A stretch of DNA of 54,138 bases from the NCBI GenBank assembly GCA_045648065.1, contig JAZRNG010000098.1, forward strand, positions 1 to 54,138. The letters are read 5' to 3'. The notes under the pieces were generated by a model. The model worked only from the letters and a program-made list of their open reading frames with translations. It was not told the origin of the DNA and did no database searches. The DNA is from Acutalibacteraceae bacterium. GTDB taxonomy: Bacteria; Bacillota; Clostridia; Oscillospirales; Acutalibacteraceae. Positions within the stretch are counted from its first letter, which is position 1. Each line of letters begins with the position of its first letter. The translations under genes and the position numbers were made by a program. Below are positions 8,232 to 17,832 of this stretch, piece after piece.

Positions 8232-9530
8232 TCAGTTTCCGTCGCGAACGTTCTTTATGATACCGTCAACCATCTGTCTGACTTTACTGTCATCGTTATA
8301 ACGCTTCTGAAACTTTTCAAGACTGTATACAACGGTAGAATGATCTCGATTAAATTCGCGTCCTATTGCTTTTGTAGAAAGTCCTGTGAGTTCTCTGACA
8401 ATAAACATTGCCATCTGACGCATTTCAGTAATGAGTGCATTTTGTTTTTTAGAATAAATTTCTTCAGGTTCAGCACCGTAAGTACGGGCAACTTCTGAAA
8501 CAATTTTCTCAACAGTTACTTTAACCGGAACTTTGTCTACAAAAATATCCGCAATTGCTTTTTGAGCAGTAGCGAGATTTATCGGAAGACCCTGCATAGT
8601 TACAAAGGCCTGCATCTTTTTCACTGCACCTTCAAGCTGTCTGATATTATTCTTAAGTTTTTCAGCGATAAACTGCACACATTCATCTGGAAGATCGAAG
8701 TTAAGGTTATCAGCTTTTCTTTTAATTATAGCCATTCTGGTTTCAATATCAGGTGGTTGAATGTCAGCCATCAAACCCCATTCAAAGCGATTCTTAAGTC
8801 TGTCCTCAAGAAGAGCAATTTCTTTAGGAGGACGGTCAGATGTAAGAACAATCTGATTTCCGGCCTGATAAAGTGCATTGAAGGTATGGAAAAACTCCTC
8901 CTGAGTTGATTCTTTACCTGCAATAAACTGCACATCATCCACGAGAAGAATGTCAGCATTTCTGTATTTTTTATGGAACTCTATTGTACTTTTTGATGAA
9001 ATATATCTGATGAGTTCGTTTGTAAAGTCTTCGCCACGTGTGTATATGATTTTTGCATTCGGATTCTGCTGCTCAACAGAGTGGCATATAGCATTCAGAA
9101 GGTGAGTCTTACCCAAACCTGAATTACCATAAATAAACAAAGGGTTATACTTTGCGCCGGGGTCATTAGCTACAGCACTTGCAGCAGCATATGCAAATTT
9201 ATTGGATGCACCTACAACAAATGAATCGAAAGTATCTTCTGCTTTAAGATTCTCAGGCTCCTTCTTTGATACATATTCAGTAGCTGCATCAACGTCGATC
9301 AGTTCAATATCTATATCAAAACCCAAAACGTTCGTAAAAGAGTCGGTAAGCTTACCCATAAACTTAGTTTCAATAATTTTACGCTTGAAATCCGAAAGGG
9401 CGATAATTACCTTTTTTTCAGTGAAGCTTACAAGCTCCATATCTTTAAACCAAACATTATATATGGATTCAGATACTTGTTTTTTACATTCTTCTTTAAT
9501 CAATTCCCAAAGTTCTGCGAATGAATCCAT
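8232..9530 (-). CDS. dnaA: chromosomal replication initiator protein DnaA
   Basis: TFDSFVVGASNKFAYAAA, Walker A GNSGLGKTHLL, LVDDVQFIAGKESTQEEFFHTFN, TSDRPPKEI, and a C-terminal DNA-binding domain with RDHSTVVYS. ATG at 9530 lies 9 nt after AGGAG. The track start at 9539 is a TTG abutting the RBS. Confidence 0.9.
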   Translation of the reverse strand: MDSFAELWELIKEECKKQVSESIYNVWFKDMELVSFTEKKVIIALSDFKRKIIETKFMGKLTDSFTNVLGFDIDIELIDVDAATEYVSKKEPENLKAEDTFDSFVVGASNKFAYAAASAVANDPGAKYNPLFIYGNSGLGKTHLLNAICHSVEQQNPNAKIIYTRGEDFTNELIRYISSKSTIEFHKKYRNADILLVDDVQFIAGKESTQEEFFHTFNALYQAGNQIVLTSDRPPKEIALLEDRLKNRFEWGLMADIQPPDIETRMAIIKRKADNLNFDLPDECVQFIAEKLKNNIRQLEGAVKKMQAFVTMQGLPINLATAQKAIADIFVDKVPVKVTVEKIVSEVARTYGAEPEEIYSKKQNALITEMRQMAMFIVRELTGLSTKAIGREFNRDHSTVVYSLEKFQKRYNDDSKVRQMVDGIIKNVRDGN

Positions 9531-9653
9531 TATTTTCAACTCCTGCTTATATATTGCGTTACCGAGTAATTATAACACAGTTAAGTATATAATTCAATGT
9601 AGATTTTAAACAATATTCTCATTCCACTTTTAATAATTTATAGATATGAATAA

Positions 9654-9679
9654 AGATGCTCCGAAAATTCGAAGCATCT
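9654..9679 (-). terminator. probable terminator of the upstream lipase-like gene
   Basis: agatgctccgaa / ttcgaagcatct (one mismatch). On the minus strand it is followed by TTTATT. Confidence 0.5.
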
Positions 9680-9685
9680 CTAACA

Positions 9686-11692
9686 TTATTCAAAAAATAT
9701 CTGCCAGAACTGAGAGTAAGCTTTTACACCGTACATACCGTAAAGCGTCATATCTATAAACTTGATAACAGTTTCAATTGCCTTAACGGTAGGATCAAGA
9801 TCATTTAACTGTTTTTGTGTAAGAATATAAATATCTTCGTCAGAAAGACCGGAGTATTTGTTACACAACAAGTTAACTCTGAGTGTAGTTTCCTTACAGA
9901 AATCATCATCAGCGATTGTTGCGCGCATCACACGCTCACATTCATATAACAACTGTTCGCATTCAGCGAAATCTTCAGGTGTCATCGTAATTTCGCCGCT
10001 AAGATGTTTATTATATATCTTTTTAATATCATTGTATCTCCAACGTCTGATAAACCAGTTGTCAGAGTTTCCATTAAACTGCGGGAATTTTTCAGGGTTA
10101 GTATGTACATTGTCGACCTCATCAGAATAGAGCAATGCGAGCGCAAGATTGATAACAGGTGCATTATTGGCTGTATCTTCATGATTCATATCATAGAAAT
10201 ACCAGGTATTGTCCGGAAGTACACCTGTTGATGCGTCAATCTCTCTGTCCGGTGATATATATGAATAATCACTTTTAATAGCCTGCTTATAATCTGCAGG
10301 GAGCTCTTCTCCGGGAAGTGCTGCTGTAGCACCGAGTGTTGTAGACTCTACGTGAATTATACCGTCACTGTTAACTTCAAAAGAATCTCCCATGAGCTGG
10401 AAGAAGTTGTATCTTGCTTCGCCCGTATGGAGACTGTAACCTGAAATAATGTTTATTTCAATTCCATTATCAACCATTGTTTTAATATTGTTTTCGAGGT
10501 TCATCTGGGCAGTATAGAATGCATCTGTTTTTTCTCTTACCGGAGCATGATCAGCATCGCTAAGATATCTTTTTGCGAGTTCAGGATAATCTTCACGTGT
10601 AACCATAGCCCACATCTGCGGAGTATTTATCAGAAGATTTTCTAATAATACATCATACATACTTGTAATCATAGCAGCATTAACATCAGCAGGAAGCGAA
10701 CGTATAAGGAGATTGACGAGGCTGCCGACCATATCTCCGTATTCTGTAAATTCACCGATCACTACGGGGAAGAGATCCTGATACCAGTATTCACCTTCAA
10801 GGTTGAAATCACGCTGATACATATCGCCGACAACCTGAGTACCATTAAGTACAGGTACAACATTTACTATAGCATTAACCTTATCAGTATCCGTAAATGA
10901 TTCAGCAAAAGCTGTAAATATAGTACCTCCAAGGCTTATCGGAAGAAGATTTACTTTTTCAGCTCCTGTCTTTTCAAGAACCATATCGATATATTTATCA
11001 AGATTATCAGCAGAAGTCATAGGATCACCGAAAAGACTAAATGTAAAGAAGAAAAGATTTTCCTCACCAATTACATCTGCAACTGATCTTAACGGAAGTA
11101 TTTTATAGAGGTATTCGCACTGATACTCCATATAAGTTTGATTTGAATAATCCTTGGTAGCGTAATCAGCAAAAGAGCCGTTGAACTCGAGTAAACCGAT
11201 TTCGTTATTAGCAAATGAACCATCCGGAAGAGTTTTCTGAACAGAAAAAGCAGCATCCGCAAGCTTTGCGATTCCTTTTACTACGCCTGCATCACTTTGT
11301 GTAATAACAGACATCACTAAAGGTACAATGAAATAAGTAACAGCTGCAAGGATCGTAGACGGTATATCAAGAATTATTGTGGAACCGGTCATATCGTTAC
11401 CGAAAGCATCCTGTTTAATAGGCGGTTTTGACTGATCCGCTGCGTTTGCATAGTCGTAATTTTCATCAACGACATAAGTGATAGAATGGGATATTCCGGG
11501 TACAACAACAAGCGGGTAGTAGTTGCCATTTTCATCTTTTTCATCATAAACAACACTCATATCCTCAAGAGTGTATTTATAGTTTTCTGCAGCAGTTGTG
11601 CTTACAGAAGGTTGCGGTGCTGCCTGTAATGTAGGTATAATAGCCATAATCACAGACAATACAACTGAAATTGCTTTTGTAATAATTGTCAT
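9686..11692 (-). CDS. secreted alpha/beta-hydrolase-like protein (lipase/esterase-like), 668 aa
   Basis: Signal peptide MTIITKAISVVLSVIMAIIPTLQA. PLVVVPGI (oxyanion-like), LLPISLGGT (nucleophile-elbow-like, non-canonical first residue), NSDGIIHVES (Asp/His-like). Family assignment is tentative. Confidence 0.45.
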   Translation of the reverse strand: MTIITKAISVVLSVIMAIIPTLQAAPQPSVSTTAAENYKYTLEDMSVVYDEKDENGNYYPLVVVPGISHSITYVVDENYDYANAADQSKPPIKQDAFGNDMTGSTIILDIPSTILAAVTYFIVPLVMSVITQSDAGVVKGIAKLADAAFSVQKTLPDGSFANNEIGLLEFNGSFADYATKDYSNQTYMEYQCEYLYKILPLRSVADVIGEENLFFFTFSLFGDPMTSADNLDKYIDMVLEKTGAEKVNLLPISLGGTIFTAFAESFTDTDKVNAIVNVVPVLNGTQVVGDMYQRDFNLEGEYWYQDLFPVVIGEFTEYGDMVGSLVNLLIRSLPADVNAAMITSMYDVLLENLLINTPQMWAMVTREDYPELAKRYLSDADHAPVREKTDAFYTAQMNLENNIKTMVDNGIEINIISGYSLHTGEARYNFFQLMGDSFEVNSDGIIHVESTTLGATAALPGEELPADYKQAIKSDYSYISPDREIDASTGVLPDNTWYFYDMNHEDTANNAPVINLALALLYSDEVDNVHTNPEKFPQFNGNSDNWFIRRWRYNDIKKIYNKHLSGEITMTPEDFAECEQLLYECERVMRATIADDDFCKETTLRVNLLCNKYSGLSDEDIYILTQKQLNDLDPTVKAIETVIKFIDMTLYGMYGVKAYSQFWQIFFE

Positions 11693-11778
11693 TAGTATTC
11701 CTCCCGATTATTTATAGATAAATAATACCATATAAGAAAAAAAGTTTCAAGTCTAAGTAGATAAACTTGTAAAAAGCA

Positions 11779-11807
11779 TTGCATTATCTGAAGAAAAATG
11801 GTATAAT
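11779..11807 (+). promoter_or_regulatory. sigma-A promoter with extended -10
   Basis: TTGCAT (11779-11784), 17-nt spacer, TGgTATAAT (11799-11807), 30 nt before the PAP2 gene. Confidence 0.55.
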
Positions 11808-11837
11808 TAGCAAAATTTTCAGGAGGGATATTGTTTT

Positions 11838-12494
11838 ATGACAGCAGCAGCTCAGTGGTTGAATGATACCTTTTATAGTTTCGACTATACAATACTTGAA
11901 TTCTTCCACAATAATTTCAATGCAGGTGCAGGCAGTGCATTCTGGGATCCGTTTTTTAAATTTGTGACTTTGTTAGGTGAAGAGGGTCTTTTCTTTATCA
12001 TTATTTCTATCGTGATGATGTTGTTTAAAAAGACTCGCAAAGCCGGTATGGTAATGCTCCTTGCTATTGGTGTAGGTGCTCTTGTCACGAATATAACTAT
12101 CAAGCCGATTATTGCAAGACCGAGACCTTACCACGATGAGTCAAGTATTTTCTATCAGTGGTGGATTACAGCAGGAAAAGAAAAAGTTGGTGAAATGTCA
12201 TTCCCGTCAGGTCACACCACATCAGCTATGGCAGCTATGGCAGGTTACTTCTTTGCAAGTAATAAAAAATATATAAGCTGGACAGCGATGCTTTTCGCAG
12301 TACTTATGGGATGCTCAAGAATTTATCTCTGTGTACATTATCCGTCAGATATCCTCGGCGGTCTTGTAGCAGGCTTGATTGCAGGTCTCATTGCATCACT
12401 TCTCATCGGTCTTCTCTATAAAAACACACAGGTCAACGGAATCAAAAAATTTACCGAATGGGATATAAGAAATTTATCAAAGAAAAAAGCATAA
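11838..12494 (+). CDS. PAP2-family lipid phosphatase (BcrC/undecaprenyl-diphosphatase-like)
   Basis: PAP2 motifs KPIIARPRP, PSGHT and SRIYLCVHYPSD. Multiple TM segments. RBS AGGAGGG. Confidence 0.85.
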   Translation: MTAAAQWLNDTFYSFDYTILEFFHNNFNAGAGSAFWDPFFKFVTLLGEEGLFFIIISIVMMLFKKTRKAGMVMLLAIGVGALVTNITIKPIIARPRPYHDESSIFYQWWITAGKEKVGEMSFPSGHTTSAMAAMAGYFFASNKKYISWTAMLFAVLMGCSRIYLCVHYPSDILGGLVAGLIAGLIASLLIGLLYKNTQVNGIKKFTEWDIRNLSKKKA

Positions 12495-12500
12495 AAATTA

Positions 12501-12526
12501 GCCTCGGTTTTAACCGAGGCTTTTTT
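12501..12526. terminator. bidirectional terminator between convergent genes
   Basis: gcctcggtt-tt-aaccgaggc flanked by an A run upstream and tttttt downstream. Confidence 0.8.
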
Positions 12527-12530
12527 AGTA

Positions 12531-13721
12531 TCAATCTGAAAAAGGTGTATAAATCTTGCCTATTTTAAAATCAACAGGATCTCTTGTTTGTGATGATCTG
12601 TAAATACTCAGAACCATACCAATCGCAAAATATATGCACAAGTTTGAGGAACCTCCTGCACTCATAAATGGCAATGTTATACCAATAACCGGAAGAACCT
12701 TAAGACACATTCCTATATTAATTACCACATGAGCAACTATCATAACTGCGACCGCTGTACATATTATCTTACCGGTAAATGAAGCAGCATGATGACCTAC
12801 ATTGATAATTTTAATAACCAGAAAAAGTAAAAGCAGAAGAGATGCCAAAGCACCGATCAGTCCTAATTCTTCTCCGACAACTGTAAAAATCATATCATTA
12901 CGGCTTTCAGGAACAAGACCGTTCTGAGTATAGGTGCCATTAAAAAGTCCCTGACCGAAAATTTTACCGGAACCTATGGCGTTTATACCTTGCTGTTGCT
13001 GAAATATTACTTCCTCATAAGTCGCTTCAGTAAGCGAAGACGGAGAGTATATCGCCATAAATCGCTGCTTCTGAAAGTCCGAAAAGAACTCAAACCAAAG
13101 AATTGGTGCCAAAAGTGCTACAGCTCCGATACCAAACAAAAAATAACGTATATATAATCCGGCTGCAAACAACATACCCAGAGTCATAACCATAAAAACA
13201 AGCGCTGAACCAAGGTCACCGGTAAGTATAACAAGAGCAACAACGACAATTGCGTGTAAACCGAGAAGAATAACATTTTTAAACTTGTTGATATCGTGTT
13301 TTATATAGTCGAGATGTACCGCAAAAGTTATCATAAATCCTATTTTCAACAGTTCTGACGGTTGAAAATAGAAACTACCGAGTTTAATCCACGAAATAGC
13401 ATCTGAACGGCCTTCAGGAGCATCACCGATAAAGAACAACGAAATCATAAGGCCCAGACAAACTACAGCAATAATCGGCCACAGACGTGCAAGAGCATCA
13501 TAGTCTACTAAGGAAATTATCAGTGCACAAATCAAACCTAATACAATAGCTATCGCCATTGTACGCACATCACGAGGTATTATTGCATCTTCTGTAAGTG
13601 TTCTGCGTGTAGCACTATATACCATAATCAATCCGAATGTTGACATCACCACACATAATCCTAACAGAAGCTTATCTGTACCTTTTAAAAAATCTTTGAA
13701 CCAGTAAAGGATTTTATTCAC
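12531..13721 (-). CDS. SEDS-family peptidoglycan polymerase (FtsW/RodA/SpoVE)
   Basis: FYFQPSELLKI, TGDLGSALV, ITLPFMSAGGSS, about 10 TM segments. GTG start at 13721 lies 7 nt after GGAGGTG. The track start at 13781 has no RBS. Confidence 0.88.
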   Translation of the reverse strand: MNKILYWFKDFLKGTDKLLLGLCVVMSTFGLIMVYSATRRTLTEDAIIPRDVRTMAIAIVLGLICALIISLVDYDALARLWPIIAVVCLGLMISLFFIGDAPEGRSDAISWIKLGSFYFQPSELLKIGFMITFAVHLDYIKHDINKFKNVILLGLHAIVVVALVILTGDLGSALVFMVMTLGMLFAAGLYIRYFLFGIGAVALLAPILWFEFFSDFQKQRFMAIYSPSSLTEATYEEVIFQQQQGINAIGSGKIFGQGLFNGTYTQNGLVPESRNDMIFTVVGEELGLIGALASLLLLLFLVIKIINVGHHAASFTGKIICTAVAVMIVAHVVINIGMCLKVLPVIGITLPFMSAGGSSNLCIYFAIGMVLSIYRSSQTRDPVDFKIGKIYTPFSD

Positions 13722-13786
13722 GGTTTCACCTCCGATTACAGAGTTAATTATATATGCATTCGATACTAATTTCAAGTACAAAGTTA

Positions 13787-13814
13787 TTTACTTATTTATT
13801 TTTTGTGATATAAT
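13787..13814 (+). promoter_or_regulatory. promoter for the tsaE-tsaB-rpiB-upp operon
   Basis: TTTACT, 16-nt spacer, extended -10 TGaTATAAT (13806-13814). Confidence 0.5.
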
Positions 13815-13843
13815 GTAAATGAGAATCGTTATGGAGTGATATT

Positions 13844-14278
13844 TTGGCTTTATTTTACAGTAACAATGTCAAGCAGACCGTTGCACTTGGCAAAAAACTC
13901 GGTGAAAACCTCCGTAAGGGCAGTGTTGTAGCGTATTTCGGTCCTATGGGAATGGGAAAGACTACTTTTACACATGGACTGGCTGAAGGACTCGGAATTG
14001 ACGAAAAATGTGTCAGTAGTCCCACTTTCGCTCTTGTGCACGAATACAAAGGTACTGAAAATACGTTGTATCACTTTGATATGTACAGAATCACAACCTG
14101 GGATGATCTTTACTCAACCGGTTATTTTGACTACCTTGACGCCTCTGAAATTTTAGTGGTTGAATGGAGCGAAAATATCGAAAATGCATTACCTGACGAT
14201 TGTATAAAAGTTATTTTTTCACCGGGTAACTGCGAAAATGAAAGAAAGATTGAGATTATCGGAGTAGATTTAAATTGA
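13844..14278 (+). CDS. tsaE: tRNA t6A37 biosynthesis ATPase TsaE
   Basis: P-loop GPMGMGKTTFTHGL, SPTFALVHEY, HFDMYR. TTG start 7 nt after GGAG. Confidence 0.88.
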   Translation: MALFYSNNVKQTVALGKKLGENLRKGSVVAYFGPMGMGKTTFTHGLAEGLGIDEKCVSSPTFALVHEYKGTENTLYHFDMYRITTWDDLYSTGYFDYLDASEILVVEWSENIENALPDDCIKVIFSPGNCENERKIEIIGVDLN

Positions 14279-14979
14279 AAATTTTAGGTATAGACAGTTC
14301 TGCGAAATCAGCATCAGTCGCAGTAATTGAAAACGGGAAAGTGATAAGTAATTTTTATATTAACACCGGGCTGACTCACTCACAGACTTTGATGCCGATG
14401 CTTGAAAACGTGTTGAACTGTGCAAATGTTGCTGCAGATGAAATAGATCTGATAGCGGTAAATAAAGGCCCCGGTTCTTTTACAGGTATAAGAATAGGAG
14501 TAGCAGCTGCGAAAGGATTAGCTGACACCAAAGGTATAATGACGTGTGGAATATCGACATTGGAGTCAATGGCATACAATCTTGTCGGTTCTGATTGCAC
14601 TGTAGCTGCTGTCATGGATGCACGTTGTTCACAGGTATATACTGCGCTTTTTAAAGTTTCTGACGGTCAAATCGAACGGCTGACTGATGACAGTGCGATG
14701 GCTATATCCGAACTGAGTGAATTACTCTCAACATATGATGATGTGGTTTTAGTCGGAGACGGCGCTGATCTGTGTTATAAGACAATGTCAGTTGTTTTAC
14801 CGAAAATTAAAATAGCAGCTGAATCTCAAAAGTATCAGAACGCTGTAGGTGTATGCCTTGCTGCTGAGAATAAATCTGACGAAGATTATACGGAAGGAAA
14901 AAATCTTGTTCCGGAATATCTTCGTTTACCACAGGCAGAACGAGAATTAAAAAATAAATTAAAAAAGGTGAGTGATTAA
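14275..14979 (+). CDS. tsaB: tRNA t6A37 biosynthesis protein TsaB
   Basis: MKILGIDSS, GPGSFTGIRIGVAAAKGLA. 4-nt overlap with tsaE. Confidence 0.88.
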   Translation: MKILGIDSSAKSASVAVIENGKVISNFYINTGLTHSQTLMPMLENVLNCANVAADEIDLIAVNKGPGSFTGIRIGVAAAKGLADTKGIMTCGISTLESMAYNLVGSDCTVAAVMDARCSQVYTALFKVSDGQIERLTDDSAMAISELSELLSTYDDVVLVGDGADLCYKTMSVVLPKIKIAAESQKYQNAVGVCLAAENKSDEDYTEGKNLVPEYLRLPQAERELKNKLKKVSD

Positions 14980-14980
14980 T

Positions 14981-15430
14981 TTGAAAATTGCAATCGGAGC
15001 AGATCACGGTGGTTTTGAATTAAAAGAATCTATTAAAAAACATCTTGAAGAAATTGGTGATTACGAAATATGCGATTACGGCACATATTCTCCTGAATCC
15101 GTAGATTATGCTGCTATAGCATATAAGGTAGGTACAGCAGTAACTGAAGAAAAAATACTCGGAATTCTCTGTTGCGGTACAGGTATCGGCATAAGCATCG
15201 CTGCGAATAAAGTTAAGGGTGTCAGGGCTGCATGCTGTTCTGATTACTTCAGTGCAAAGCTTACACGTCAGCATAATGATGCAAATATTCTTTGCATGGG
15301 CGGACGAGTTGTCGGACCGGGACTTGCAAACGAATTAGTCGATATTTTCCTTACCACTGAATTTGAGGGTGGCGGAAGACACCAGAGAAGAATTGATCAG
15401 ATCGCTGCAATTGAAAACGGTGAGTTTTAA
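14981..15430 (+). CDS. rpiB: ribose-5-phosphate isomerase B
   Basis: [38 protein letters not shown] at 14981 lies 8 nt after AAGGTGA. The track start (GTG at 14972) overlaps the tsaB stop. Confidence 0.88.
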   Translation: MKIAIGADHGGFELKESIKKHLEEIGDYEICDYGTYSPESVDYAAIAYKVGTAVTEEKILGILCCGTGIGISIAANKVKGVRAACCSDYFSAKLTRQHNDANILCMGGRVVGPGLANELVDIFLTTEFEGGGRHQRRIDQIAAIENGEF

Positions 15431-15444
15431 TTTCGGAGGTAGTT

Positions 15445-16074
15445 ATGGCGAACGTTATTATTACAAATCATCCGCTTATTCAACATAAGCTGTCAATCTT
15501 AAGAGATATCAATACATCATCCAAGGATTTCAGAAATCTTGTCAGCGAGATAGCCACTCTTATGTGCTATGAAGCTACACGAGATCTTCCTTTACATGAA
15601 ATCGAGATAGAAACACCACTCTGTAAATGTAAGGCAAAAAGCCTTGAGGGTAAGAAACTGGCTTTTGTACCGATATTACGTGCAGGTTTAGGAATGGTTG
15701 ACGGTGTGCTTCAACTTGTTCCGTCAGCACGTGTAGGACACATTGGTTTATACCGTGACCCTGAAACACTTAAACCTGTCGAATATTATTGCAAATTACC
15801 GGCAGACATTACTGAGCGTGATGTAATCGTGCTTGATCCTATGCTTGCAACAGGTGGATCTGCAATTGATGCAATATCTATGATCAAAGAAAGAAAACCC
15901 CGTTCTATTAAATTCATGGGACTCATTGCTGCTCCTGAAGGCATCAAAGCGCTCAGAGGAGCTCATCCTGACGTAGATATATATCTTGCGGCAGAAGATG
16001 AAAAACTAAATGATCACTGCTATATTGTTCCCGGGCTCGGTGATGCAGGTGACAGAATATTCGGAACAAAATAA
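15445..16074 (+). CDS. upp: uracil phosphoribosyltransferase
   Basis: [13 protein letters not shown] loop [27 protein letters not shown]. Confidence 0.93.
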   Translation: MANVIITNHPLIQHKLSILRDINTSSKDFRNLVSEIATLMCYEATRDLPLHEIEIETPLCKCKAKSLEGKKLAFVPILRAGLGMVDGVLQLVPSARVGHIGLYRDPETLKPVEYYCKLPADITERDVIVLDPMLATGGSAIDAISMIKERKPRSIKFMGLIAAPEGIKALRGAHPDVDIYLAAEDEKLNDHCYIVPGLGDAGDRIFGTK

Positions 16075-16087
16075 ATAGTCTACTTTC

Positions 16088-16125
16088 AATACCATTCTGA
16101 TTTTAATCGGAATGGTATTTTTTCA
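16088..16125 (+). terminator. rho-independent terminator after upp
   Basis: aataccattc / gaatggtatt stem, then ttttt. It overlaps the track's ATG at 16112, which argues against that start. Confidence 0.75.
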
Positions 16126-16162
16126 GGCTTGTCTGCATATGTTTATTTTCGGAGGGATGAGC

Positions 16163-16798
16163 ATGGAAAAGCTTAACATGAAAAAAACTCTGAATCTGCA
16201 TAAATACAGTATCAGAGTCAATCGTATTATATTAAATTGGAAATTAATCTTACCTGTTATTTTTACAATACTAGGAATAGTTTTAGGATCGGTTTTCGCA
16301 AAAGGGGAGGGGGAAGTATATCTTAAATTATGTAATTTTATCGAAGCATACGTTCTGAATAAAAATTCAGGATTTAATTATACTGAGTTTTCTGTTTATC
16401 TGCTGATACCTACTGTTTTTGCATTAATATTATTTTTCAGTGGATTATCAGCATTCGGTGGTTGGTTTTCAAATCTCATTCCGTTAGCGTTTTCTGCAAC
16501 TACAAGTATAATCACTTACTTCATTTACGATACCTACTCTTTAAAAGGACTTGCCTATAACGTAATTATGATTTTCCCTTATGCATTACTTTCAATACTG
16601 TCACTGATTCTTCTGACATCAGAAAGTATAAGTATGTCACAGTGCATAACTCATAACCTCAGCAAATCAACACGTAACAATGATTACAATTTTTTTAAGT
16701 ATTGCAAAAACTGCACGAAGTGCTACATACTTATAGTATCAGCATCACTCATTAAAATCCTGCTCGACAGTATGTTTACTGATCTTTTTATTTTTTAA
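16163..16798 (+). CDS. polytopic membrane protein, possibly SpoIIM-like
   Basis: ATG at 16163 lies 6 nt after GGAGGG. About 5 TM segments. Its size, topology and position next to a Xer recombinase resemble spoIIM in Bacillus. Sequence similarity could not be verified by eye. Confidence 0.35.
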   Translation: MEKLNMKKTLNLHKYSIRVNRIILNWKLILPVIFTILGIVLGSVFAKGEGEVYLKLCNFIEAYVLNKNSGFNYTEFSVYLLIPTVFALILFFSGLSAFGGWFSNLIPLAFSATTSIITYFIYDTYSLKGLAYNVIMIFPYALLSILSLILLTSESISMSQCITHNLSKSTRNNDYNFFKYCKNCTKCYILIVSASLIKILLDSMFTDLFIF

Positions 16799-17761
16799 TT
16801 GTTTATTAAGAGGATTAGATTCAACAGCATCTTTTAGCTGCGAATCTATAATATGCGTGTAAATCTCAGTTGTAGCGAGATTTTCGTGACCGAGTATTTC
16901 TTTAATCAGCAGCACATCAACATTTCCCTGCTGATACATTAACGTTGCAGCGGTATGACGCAACTTATGTGTTGAAAACCCCTGATCACCGAGTCCTGCT
17001 TTATCTAAAAAAGTCTTTACAATGTATTGCACAGTCTTCGGACTGATTCGTGACTTTCTGCTGCTCAGAAACAGTGCATTTTTATCCTTAACACCTTCGA
17101 CTGGGCGTACCTTCATATATTCATTAATAGCATTAATACACATATCATTAAGATATATTATACGTTCTTTATTGCCTTTACCTGTTACTCGCATTGTATT
17201 ATCTGAACGAATGTCACCGTAATTCAGATTTACCAATTCGGAAAGTCTTAATCCACAATTAAGGAAAATGGCAATTATACAGTAGTCTCTCTCTTTGAAC
17301 TTGCCGTCAATGCAATTAAGAAGATTTATGCTCTCATCAAGAGTCAGATACTTAGGAAGAGCTTTTTTAGCTTTAGGTGATTCGAGCTCCTGCATAGGAT
17401 TTTCTTCAATTTGTTTTGTGTTGACAGACATGTATTTAAAATAAGCACGAATAGCTGATGATTTTCTTGCACGGGATGCAGCATCATTTTTTCTCTCTGT
17501 CCTGCAGTAAGATAAGAAAGCATAAGCGTCCTGAATGGTAACAGTAGAAATCAGTTCAATATCGATTTTAGATATATCAATTTTTTCAAAAGGCACACCA
17601 TCATCAACTTTTTTTCTGTATATTAGCAAAAATTTAAAAAACAACCTCAGGTCTGAAGCATACTCTAAAACAGTAAGTTCAGACTTGTTTTTTATAACAC
17701 TCATATAGTTCAGGAACTCAACAACACTCTCAGGTAAACTGGCAAACTCTTCTTTATGCAT
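16745..17761 (-). CDS. tyrosine site-specific recombinase, XerC/XerD family
   Basis: N-terminal SAM-like core-binding domain. Catalytic region with GLRLSEL, HKLRHTAATLM and LGHENLATTEIYTH. Confidence 0.85.
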   Translation of the reverse strand: MHKEEFASLPESVVEFLNYMSVIKNKSELTVLEYASDLRLFFKFLLIYRKKVDDGVPFEKIDISKIDIELISTVTIQDAYAFLSYCRTERKNDAASRARKSSAIRAYFKYMSVNTKQIEENPMQELESPKAKKALPKYLTLDESINLLNCIDGKFKERDYCIIAIFLNCGLRLSELVNLNYGDIRSDNTMRVTGKGNKERIIYLNDMCINAINEYMKVRPVEGVKDKNALFLSSRKSRISPKTVQYIVKTFLDKAGLGDQGFSTHKLRHTAATLMYQQGNVDVLLIKEILGHENLATTEIYTHIIDSQLKDAVESNPLNKQLKNKKISKHTVEQDFNE

Positions 17762-17801
17762 ATAAAACCACCACTTTTAACCAATCATCTTTATTAATTA
17801 T

Positions 17802-17830
17802 ATTATAGCAGAGGACATCTAAAAAGTCAA
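17802..17830 (-). promoter_or_regulatory. near-consensus sigma-A promoter of the recombinase gene
   Basis: On the minus strand: TTGACT (17830-17825), 17-nt spacer, TATAAT (17807-17802). Confidence 0.6.
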
Positions 17831-17832
17831 TG

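Noticed and set aside
9531-9685. oriC upstream of dnaA
   Set aside because: By eye there is no TTATCCACA or TGTGGATAA match within one mismatch. The region is short and mostly occupied by the upstream gene's terminator, and there is no coding-strand switch.
16745-17761. Tyrosine recombinase as the integrase of a mobile element
   Set aside because: I see no flanking direct repeats, no tRNA or tmRNA target next to it, and no phage or conjugation genes. The neighbours are core genes (upp, radA, a spoIIM-like gene). The N-terminal SAM-like domain and the context fit a chromosomal Xer-type dimer-resolution recombinase.
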